A stretch of 64,000 nt of DNA from Deltaproteobacteria bacterium. GTDB lineage: Bacteria > Desulfobacterota > Syntrophia > Syntrophales > UBA2210. Of the stretch, positions 1 to 7,405 are shown one piece after another (the first letter of the stretch is position 1; each line of letters begins with the position of its first letter). The translations under genes and the position numbers were made by a program. A model generated the notes under the pieces. The model worked only from the letters and a program-made list of their open reading frames with translations, was not told the DNA's origin and did no database searches. The stretch covers positions 1,825-65,824 of the forward strand of contig JAPLJO010000040.1 in NCBI GenBank assembly GCA_026388515.1, written 5' to 3'.

Positions 1-2
1 AG

Positions 3-251
3 AAGCGCATGGAGTACTATGCACGCACCACACACCTTGCGATCTCCTGTCACCATCTCCGGCATACGATGGCCACCCAGCTGCTCAATGCCGATGCAGA
101 GCTGGTGACCATCCAGGATCTCCTGGGGCATGACTCGATCAAGACGACACAGCGGTACTGTCGGGTATCAAACCTCAAAGTACAGAGAGATTACTACAAA
201 GCGATGGAGGTGATCATGCAACGAACGGCTGGCACCCCGAATAATCCTTGA
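3..251 (+). CDS. Tyrosine recombinase / phage-type integrase, C-terminal catalytic fragment (5' part outside the window)
   Basis: The frame is open from nt 3. The translation ...SCHHLRHTMATQLLNADAELVTIQDLLGHDSIKTTQRYCRV carries the HxxR ... LLGH ... Y block typical of XerC/D-integrase C-termini. Confidence 0.8.
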   Translation, partial: KRMEYYARTTHLAISCHHLRHTMATQLLNADAELVTIQDLLGHDSIKTTQRYCRVSNLKVQRDYYKAMEVIMQRTAGTPNNP

Positions 252-375
252 CGAAGAAGAGAAACTATGAGAATGTAAACACAACATAACATCCTAATAT
301 CAATAGGAAAAACAGAATATGTTACGTATAGAAAGCTGTAATCTTATACAGATTGATTTATACCGTGGTATCTCA

Positions 376-434
376 TATTCTTCCACCACAAGGGGGCAAT
401 ACCACTTGAGGCTCATTTCACTCTGAGAATTGAC
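376..434. repeat. Copy A of a short dispersed repeat (core AGGGGGCAATACCAC ... TTGAGGCTCATTTCACTCTGAGAATTG)
   Basis: By-eye alignment to 7141-7222 gives about 80 percent identity in two blocks. Copy A lacks a 20-nt segment present in copy B. Confidence 0.6.
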
Positions 435-454
435 GCCTTCGTAAAAAGTCGATT

Positions 455-590
455 ATGCCCTGTTTTGTCATTCCGTGCTTGACACGGAATCCAGCGTTTC
501 ACTGGTTCCCGGTTTTCACCGGGACGACGTCTGGACTCCTGCTTTCGCAGGAGTGACGTTCTGGGGCTTTTTGCGAGTTCGTCAGAATTA
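455..590. repeat. Intergenic hairpin-array element (three consecutive short stem-loops)
   Basis: Stem-loops: ATTCCGTG-cttga-CACGGAAT (470-490), TCCCGGT-tttc-ACCGGGA (507-524), ACTCCTGC-tttc-GCAGGAGT (535-554). One frame reads VIPCLTRNP...WTPAFAGVT, the signature I recognise from hairpin-repeat elements often mis-annotated as hypothetical proteins in anaerobic proteobacterial and Nitrospirae-type genomes. Confidence 0.55.
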
Positions 591-687
591 ACTTATAAAG
601 TTTCCTGCCCACAATCCTACGGAATAGTCCCCACATTGCTTCCCTGAGATTTTCTTATCTTCATTACAATAGAAGTTCTTTTACCTC

Positions 688-716
688 TTCATTCCTATGT
701 AATGAGGGGCATTGCA
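688..716. repeat. Possible third, partial copy of the dispersed repeat core (GAGGGGCATTGCA)
   Basis: An 11-nt exact match GGGGCATTGCA to copy B (7164-7174) plus weak flanking similarity. It lies 15-25 nt upstream of the 731 start codon. Confidence 0.35.
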
Positions 717-730
717 TCAGGAGGTCAGAT

Positions 731-1162
731 ATGAATAACTTCACTGATAATTTCTGGAAGAAGTTCTTCGTCCTTGCTTCCCTCTGGAACATCTCTGCCG
801 CACCGCTGTGTCTGATATTATACATCTACTTTCCATCCCTTATTTATACATCCGAAGGGCTCCAATACACGCACAATCCTGTCTTTGACAGTTTCTATTA
901 TATTGTAGTTGGCGCTGTCTTATTATTCGGTGTCGGCTACTACATGCCGTCCCGTGACCTTATGCTGAACCGTGGGATCATCTGGCTCGGTGCCATCGCC
1001 AAGATAGGCTTGGCGGTTGTCATATTTCAAATGTACTTCTTAAAGTATCTCACACTGCTTGTTCCCATTCTTCTCGTGGGGGACATAATCTGGGCTCTGT
1101 TTTTCTTCGTCTTTCTCAACCAGACAAAAGACAGGGTAAAGGTTAACAACTTGGTAGGATAA
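731..1162 (+). CDS. Hypothetical small integral membrane protein (about 4 TM segments)
   Basis: AGGAGG sits 7 nt upstream of the ATG. The 143-aa product has four hydrophobic stretches. No family recognised. Confidence 0.6.
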   Translation: MNNFTDNFWKKFFVLASLWNISAAPLCLILYIYFPSLIYTSEGLQYTHNPVFDSFYYIVVGAVLLFGVGYYMPSRDLMLNRGIIWLGAIAKIGLAVVIFQMYFLKYLTLLVPILLVGDIIWALFFFVFLNQTKDRVKVNNLVG

Positions 1163-1231
1163 TAAAGGTTAATAGCTTGTAGGATAAGCTGGGTTTAATT
1201 CAGAACTGTCTTTTTGTGGGGATCTCAAACA

Positions 1232-4200
1232 ATGCAATGCCCAACCTGCAAAACAAAAAACCCTACAAAGAAGAAGTTCTGCGGGAAATGTGGCGCAAAG
1301 TTAGTTGCGCTCTGTCCCAACTGCCAAGCAGAGAATCCACCGGATGATAAATTCTGTGGTGACTGCGGTTACGATTTAAGCGTACCCGCTACTAAGGTCC
1401 CACAACCTCCTAAAGAAGAAACTCACCCTACTATTTTAATCACCGATCACGAACGTAAATACGTCACTGTCCTCTTCTCCGACCTCTCCGGCTACACCGC
1501 CATGACTGAGAAACTTGATCCGGAAGAAGTCAAAGAAATCATGGGCAGAATCTTTGGGGAGATTGCCCAGGTGGTGGTCAAATACGAGGGCTTTATTGAA
1601 AAGTTCGTGGGCGATGCCATCCTGGCCTTGTTTGGAGTTCCCAAAACCCACGAGGATGATCCTGTCAGAGCAATACGCGCTGCCCGTGAAATTCATGAAC
1701 TCGTAAGGAGAATGAGTCCTCCCCTTGAAAAGAGAATTGGAAGATCTCTCTATATGCACACCGGTATCAACACTGGCCTTGTAGTGACAGGTGAACTGAA
1801 TCTCGAAAAAGGGACTCACGGCGTTTTGGGAGATACAATCAACATGGCTTCCAGATTATCTGGTCTTGCCAAGACCGACGAAATAATCGTAGGTCTTGAA
1901 ACCCATCATCAGGCGGAGGGGTATTTTAATTTTGAAACAATTGAACCCGCCAAGGTAAAAGGTAAGGAAGAGGATATCCTGACTTATAAAGTCCTCTCCC
2001 CCAAGGAAGCTCCCACCAAAACTCATCGTTTATCAGGCGTCCGTGCGGAACTGATTGGCCGCCGTGTCGAAATGCGACAACTGAAAGAGGCTGTTGATAA
2101 TCTCAAGCAGGGCAGATCATCCATTTTCTCAATCGTGGGAGATCCTGGAACCGGGAAAAGCCGCCTTGTGGAAGAGTTCAGGAACAGTTTAGATCTTGCT
2201 GCCACCCAGTGGAGAGAAGGCCATGCCTACGCCTATTCACAGAACATACCGTACTTCCCCCTTATAGATTTACTTAATCGTGCCTGGCAGATCAAGGAAG
2301 GAGATCCTCCGGAACAGGTCAGGCAGAAGGTGGAGAAGGGAACTAAAGCCCTCATAGCTGACCGGGAAGAGCTGGTTCCTTACATGGGCAGTCTCTATTC
2401 TCTTCCCTATCCTGAAACTGAACAGGTAGGCCCTGAAACCTGGAAGGCACGGCTCCATGAAGCCATGCAGCTTATTGTCACCAACCTCTGCAAGAGAGCG
2501 CCTACGATTGTGTGTATCGAGGACCTTCATTGGGCAGATCCTTCATCCATTGAACTTCTGAAAAACATACTTACAGACCTCAAATTCCCTGTTCTTTTTA
2601 TCTGCATCTACCGTCCGTCCTTCAGCCTCTTCACCAGCCACCTGATAAGCAGTTTACGAACTTACCAAGAGATCAGACTCCAAGATCTTTCCTCCTCAGA
2701 GTCCCAGGATATGGTGGAATCACTGCTGAAGACTAAAGACATCCCCGCTGATTTAAGGAAGTTCATCCAGGACAAGGTGGAAGGCAATCCCTTTTATCTG
2801 GAAGAAGCCATCAACGCCCTTATTGAGTCAGATGTCCTGGTGCAGGAAGAGAATATATGGAAACTCACCAAACCGATAACCGAAGCTAATATACCCTATA
2901 CGGTACAAGGTATTATATCTGCCAGACTTGATCGATTGGAAAGAGAAACCAAGCGTATTCTCCAGGAAGCTTCGGTTATTGGTAGATCATTTTTGTATGA
3001 CATACTCAGAAGAATCACTGAATTGAAAGAACACGTTGACAGAAGTCTTAACGGACTGGAGAGGTTGGACCTTATCCGCACAAGAACCTTACAGCCTGAC
3101 CTGGAATATATCTTCAAACACGCCTTAACCCAGGAGGTAGTCTACAACGGGATATTGAGAAAAGAGCGTCAGCACATTCATGAAAAGATAGCTCAGGTGA
3201 TGGAGGAATTGTTTCATGACCGGCTGCCCGAATTCTATGAGACTTTGGCCTACCACTTCAGGCAGGGCCGTTCCATTATAAAGGCAGTGGATTACCTGAT
3301 GAAGGCTGCCGAGAAGAGTTTCAGTAGATATGCCGTTGATGAAGCACATGAGTACTATCGGGAAGCCTTTGACCTCCTTACCAGCAAGTCAGATAAATCT
3401 AAGGAAGAGAATAAACTTCTTGTCGATCTCCTCCTCGACTGGGCAGTGGTCTATTATCATCGGGGAATTTACAATGAACTGTTAGATTTATTTCAGAAAC
3501 ATAAAAATTTGGCCATATCTCTGGAGGATAATGCCAGACTGGGGATGTTTTATAATTGGATGGGCGGGGCATTAAACAGATTGGAGAGACTCCGGGAATC
3601 CTATCAATATTTGTCTAAAGCTCTTGAGATTGGAAAAGAGCTGGGGGATGAAAAAATAACCGGCTATGCATATGGTTGGCTCATCTATACCTGTGCTGAT
3701 CTCGGACGATTGGACGAAGCTGTTGAGTTTGGAGAGAAGGTAAAAGCATTGGACGTCTATAAGTCTGACAAGGAGCTTTTTAGACTATCAACAGTCGCAA
3801 TGGGAGGAACATACTTTTTCAGAGGAGAGGGAAGGAAAGCCCATGAAGAAGGGGATGTCCTTATGGAGTATGGTCAGAAGCACTCCGAAGGAGCATGCAT
3901 TACACAGGGCCACGAGACGCATGGAAATGGCTATATGGCAATCGGGGATATTCCCAACGCTATAGAGTGCTACAAGAGGACAATCCAAACTGCATTAGAA
4001 CCTGTATTTGCCATCACTGCAAAAGTATTTCTTGGATATGCCTATGTTGTCAATGGCCAGTATGCGGAGGCTGAAACTGTGCTGAATGAAGTAACAGAAC
4101 TTTGTGAACACCAAGGTTATGGTTTCATGGGAAGTGCCGCTAAGGCCTCATCAGGTATTGTCATGATCACCAAGGGGAATTTCGAGCAGGGGATTGAGGT

Positions 4201-4600
4201 CGTGAAAGATGTGATGAAAAGTTATATCAACAATGAGAGTTGGTGGAGATATGCCTTAGTGAATTCAATGCTCGGTAGGGTCTATCTGCAAATCTACCAG
4301 GCATTCGGGAATATGAATGATTTTTCATCCATGGGACAAAGTGCAGAGTTTCTTGTGAAGACCGCTCCTGTTGCTCATGAGAAGGCGGAGGTATATTTAA
4401 CGACGGCCATTAAGAAAGCAAAGGAAATTGGAGCAAGCAGTATTCACGGACAATCGTGTCTGGAAATGGGACGGTTGCATAAGCTGCGAGGGAAAACTGA
4501 CGATGCCAGAAAATACATCGCCGATGCAATCCACATCTTGGAGGAGTGTGAGGCTGATGTCTTCCTGAAGCAGGCCAAGGAGGAACTGGCTTCCCTTTGA
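1232..4600 (+). CDS. Double zinc-ribbon / class III adenylate-guanylate cyclase domain / AAA (STAND-type) NTPase / TPR multidomain protein
   Basis: N-terminal zinc ribbons: CPTC..CGKCG and CPNC..CGDCG. Cyclase motifs: VLFSDLSGYT, KFVGDAILALFG, GDTINMASRL. Walker A is GDPGTGKS and Walker B-like is CIEDLHWAD. A long TPR-like helical tail follows. I chose the ATG at 1232 rather than the track's TTG at 1214. Confidence 0.85.
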   Translation: MQCPTCKTKNPTKKKFCGKCGAKLVALCPNCQAENPPDDKFCGDCGYDLSVPATKVPQPPKEETHPTILITDHERKYVTVLFSDLSGYTAMTEKLDPEEVKEIMGRIFGEIAQVVVKYEGFIEKFVGDAILALFGVPKTHEDDPVRAIRAAREIHELVRRMSPPLEKRIGRSLYMHTGINTGLVVTGELNLEKGTHGVLGDTINMASRLSGLAKTDEIIVGLETHHQAEGYFNFETIEPAKVKGKEEDILTYKVLSPKEAPTKTHRLSGVRAELIGRRVEMRQLKEAVDNLKQGRSSIFSIVGDPGTGKSRLVEEFRNSLDLAATQWREGHAYAYSQNIPYFPLIDLLNRAWQIKEGDPPEQVRQKVEKGTKALIADREELVPYMGSLYSLPYPETEQVGPETWKARLHEAMQLIVTNLCKRAPTIVCIEDLHWADPSSIELLKNILTDLKFPVLFICIYRPSFSLFTSHLISSLRTYQEIRLQDLSSSESQDMVESLLKTKDIPADLRKFIQDKVEGNPFYLEEAINALIESDVLVQEENIWKLTKPITEANIPYTVQGIISARLDRLERETKRILQEASVIGRSFLYDILRRITELKEHVDRSLNGLERLDLIRTRTLQPDLEYIFKHALTQEVVYNGILRKERQHIHEKIAQVMEELFHDRLPEFYETLAYHFRQGRSIIKAVDYLMKAAEKSFSRYAVDEAHEYYREAFDLLTSKSDKSKEENKLLVDLLLDWAVVYYHRGIYNELLDLFQKHKNLAISLEDNARLGMFYNWMGGALNRLERLRESYQYLSKALEIGKELGDEKITGYAYGWLIYTCADLGRLDEAVEFGEKVKALDVYKSDKELFRLSTVAMGGTYFFRGEGRKAHEEGDVLMEYGQKHSEGACITQGHETHGNGYMAIGDIPNAIECYKRTIQTALEPVFAITAKVFLGYAYVVNGQYAEAETVLNEVTELCEHQGYGFMGSAAKASSGIVMITKGNFEQGIEVVKDVMKSYINNESWWRYALVNSMLGRVYLQIYQAFGNMNDFSSMGQSAEFLVKTAPVAHEKAEVYLTTAIKKAKEIGASSIHGQSCLEMGRLHKLRGKTDDARKYIADAIHILEECEADVFLKQAKEELASL

Positions 4601-4791
4601 TTAATGGTTGAATGCATGCATTTTGGAGAGAATAGCCGGCCCAACGATTAAAGGAAATTATCGTCTTGTTTTTCGTGGAAAAATAATCCTGTCAATTTAA
4701 GTGAAATAATGGCGGTATTCTCAGTCCTAATGTGATACGTGCACTCGTACTGGATTGGGAGAAAAATAATTATGTGGAGAAAGGGACCCTG

Positions 4792-6144
4792 ATGAAGCCG
4801 CATCATCTCAAGGTGTTTTTAATAATCGCGATAGTGCTCTTTCAATCTCAAATTTTTTCACCCAGGAATGTGTATGCCTGGACGGAGCAGCCTCTCATTT
4901 CATATCGGATACTTCAAGTAATCCCGGAAGTGCGCAATGCAGAGCCGGTAGTTGTGGAAGACCTCGATTCATTTCTTATAGCCGAAGAAAAGAACCTTGC
5001 AGATTTGCTCGCACAAGAGGAAAAATGGGCGCGGCAGAATCTTTCATACTACAAGCCCCTGCCTGATGTGCTGGCATTCCAGCCAACCGGCTACCGCAGT
5101 GACGTACGGCAACGCTTCTGTCACGCCATCAGAGTCAATCCCGACTTTTACTTCAGCTTGTATCTTCAGTTGGTGCCGGGTGAAGATGCCGGCGGCAGGA
5201 CCGCCATTACGCCGAGGGAAATCACGTTTCTCAAAGACACCTCGGACTGGAAAAATACGAAATTTGCAGAACTGATTGCAGGGGAATCAGTATCTTCCCT
5301 TGATGTGGTAGTGACAGCAACTGAAGAACCGGATTTTGGCCTGGACGTGGGGCTGTATGAAGATAACGGCACTGATTTCGGAAAAGTGTATGGATTCGGC
5401 ACACAACCATTCGGGAATCCGAACCTCGAGTATGGCACCCAGGCACCTTTCCACATGGGGTACTACCATGAAGCGGGCATCATCAACACCTTTGCTGAAT
5501 TCATAACGCAGACATACCCTGAATACCGCATACATCTCTATCAGAGTCTCTCACGCTTTGCGTTTGAGACCGGACATAACTACTGGGGGTGGCGTTTCAT
5601 GGGTATGGGCCTTCAATACGTCATAGATTTAAACCAGCCCTATCATGTGAGTCTGTTGCCCGGCGTCAGTGTTGTAAAGATGATCTGGATGAGTATGCTT
5701 GATATGGTAGGAATCAGCGGTCCTAAAGCCGATGCTATTCAGCTTGTCTCAAACAGACACACGGCACTGGAAAAATTCCAGCAACTCATTCTTTATCGCG
5801 CGTATCAGGACGAAGTCAACGACAGTCCCATATTCGTGGTGCTGCGTACTATAGGGGAATGCCCACCATGGAATGATAGGATGCCACGTGATGTCATTAC
5901 AGTAGAGAGCTGTGCGCGTGCCAGGGAAACAGACAGGCTTCTTGAGGAGACAATGCCGGAGCGCTTCGTATCCGATCCAAGCTTCGAACTCGGCACCAGT
6001 CCCGAAAGAGACGATATAATTTTGAGGATACAGGAAAAGGGTGGACAGCAAGCAATCGACCGACTGACTGCTCAGGTGCGGGATCTCCTTAAACCGCTTC
6101 CCTCGTATACGTGTTCATATGTCAGAAGTATCAGGAATAAATAG
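4792..6144 (+). CDS. Secreted protein with zinc-dependent phospholipase C / S1-P1 nuclease-fold-like motifs (tentative)
   Basis: The signal peptide MKPHHLKVFLIIAIVLFQSQIFSPRNVYA|WTEQ would expose an N-terminal Trp, as in mature Bacillus PLC. MGLQYVIDLNQPYH resembles LSLHYLGDVNQPMH. RHTALEKF resembles HSKYENF (H-x3-E). Some ligand positions are not conserved. Confidence 0.5.
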   Translation: MKPHHLKVFLIIAIVLFQSQIFSPRNVYAWTEQPLISYRILQVIPEVRNAEPVVVEDLDSFLIAEEKNLADLLAQEEKWARQNLSYYKPLPDVLAFQPTGYRSDVRQRFCHAIRVNPDFYFSLYLQLVPGEDAGGRTAITPREITFLKDTSDWKNTKFAELIAGESVSSLDVVVTATEEPDFGLDVGLYEDNGTDFGKVYGFGTQPFGNPNLEYGTQAPFHMGYYHEAGIINTFAEFITQTYPEYRIHLYQSLSRFAFETGHNYWGWRFMGMGLQYVIDLNQPYHVSLLPGVSVVKMIWMSMLDMVGISGPKADAIQLVSNRHTALEKFQQLILYRAYQDEVNDSPIFVVLRTIGECPPWNDRMPRDVITVESCARARETDRLLEETMPERFVSDPSFELGTSPERDDIILRIQEKGGQQAIDRLTAQVRDLLKPLPSYTCSYVRSIRNK

Positions 6145-6171
6145 CCTACACTATTGATAGTGCGACTTTAC

Positions 6172-6933
6172 TTACATTCCCATCATGGAGCGAATCTCAG
6201 CATACTGCAGGTTGTACACCTGCAGGTAGTTGCCGGCGATCCATTGATTTTCAGCCTCCCAGTAATCATTTCGGTATCCCCCCTGCTGCACCTTGTTGGC
6301 CGCAAGGGTCAACATAATGGCCTGATCCTTCTGCCGTGCGGTGAATTTAACAGGAACACCCGCCCAGTCGATGATATTATCAAGAAGCGCTCCGCTGCTG
6401 GCGTACTGGTATGGTTCATAATACATGCGTTCCTTATCGGTGTAGGTACGTATCGTTTTCTTATCGTACTTGTCCACAATAGTGATGGAACGATAGGGAC
6501 GATAAGCAACCGCAAACAAGGTATATCCTTCCCCCTTCGCACCCTTGGCAGTATCGATGCTTGTCAATATGTAGTCCCAGGAATTAGGAATATCGGAAGC
6601 TTTCAGTATCCTCTGGAAGCTCTGAGTCGCCTGCTCCATTGTAGTAAATGCCTGGCCCGTATCGCCATCAGGAGAAACAACGTAGAAATTCTGGTTGTAT
6701 GCCGCACGATAGGTATCCGCTATGGTAATGGGTTTTCCGGCGATGAGCAGTTGTTTGTTGATTTCCTGTAATCCCGTGTCCGCTTCGACAAAGTAAGTTA
6801 ATGCCGCCATACCTTGTCCGAACCCCACCGCCATCTGTGTCCCTGTCATAGTACCCATTGAAGCAACGTTAAGCGGACAGGCATACAGACATATTGCCAG
6901 TAACAGTGAGAAAATCAGATATATTTTCTTCAT
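6172..6933 (-). CDS. Hypothetical secreted protein / possible lipoprotein
   Basis: N-terminal signal MKKIYLIFSLLLAICLYAC with a possible lipobox (LYAC). The composition is protein-like and the opposite-strand ORF looks spurious. No family recognised. Confidence 0.65.
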   Translation of the reverse strand: MKKIYLIFSLLLAICLYACPLNVASMGTMTGTQMAVGFGQGMAALTYFVEADTGLQEINKQLLIAGKPITIADTYRAAYNQNFYVVSPDGDTGQAFTTMEQATQSFQRILKASDIPNSWDYILTSIDTAKGAKGEGYTLFAVAYRPYRSITIVDKYDKKTIRTYTDKERMYYEPYQYASSGALLDNIIDWAGVPVKFTARQKDQAIMLTLAANKVQQGGYRNDYWEAENQWIAGNYLQVYNLQYAEIRSMMGM

Positions 6934-7140
6934 AATGTCACCCCACGTCTTTTGTTGTTAAAGATGAAACCCGAACAGGTAAAACGTGTACTGACCTCAA
7001 GAAAGCCACATTATAGAAAGAAATAGAAGAGGAGGTTTGAATAGTATGGTTTATTGTAACACAAGAACGGTAGAATTCAAGGATATTAACCGTTTTCTTT
7101 TCTTCCATTCATTAAATACATATTGACTTTCCTCCTGCAT

Positions 7141-7222
7141 ATTTCTTATTCTACCTCCGCAAGGGGGCATTGCAACTTGTCGAAATTTCCTCATATTGAG
7201 GTTCATTTCGTCCAGAATTGTA
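7141..7222. repeat. Copy B of the dispersed repeat (core AAGGGGGCATTGCAAC ... TTGAGGTTCATTTCGTCCAGAATTG)
   Basis: Aligned by eye with 376-434. It lies about 190 nt upstream of the patatin gene start and inside a 68-codon minus-strand ORF (7051-7257). Confidence 0.6.
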
Positions 7223-7405
7223 TAATATCCAAAAACTCCATCCGATATTCGATTCATACATTGCCTCCCAGACAGTTTATATATCCAATCACTGTGAAGA
7301 CGTTTTCATCTGGGATGGTATACTTCGATAGATTTGAAATGACTTCATGAGTCACAGGCGTCTCTTCTTTTCCGATTTTGTCGTCAATCAGGAGATAGAA
7401 TCTCT

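Noticed and set aside
6154-6771. 205-aa plus-strand ORF overlapping the 6172-6933 minus-strand gene
   Set aside because: The minus-strand product has a clear signal peptide and a balanced composition, while the plus-strand product does not. I kept the minus-strand gene.
7051-7257. 68-aa minus-strand ORF (MNRISDGVFGYYTILDEMNLNMRKF...) considered as a toxin-antitoxin or DUF4160-like gene
   Set aside because: The resemblance to any family is too weak to call. The upstream partner frame lacks a start codon and runs into the patatin gene start. I recorded it only as context for the repeat finding.
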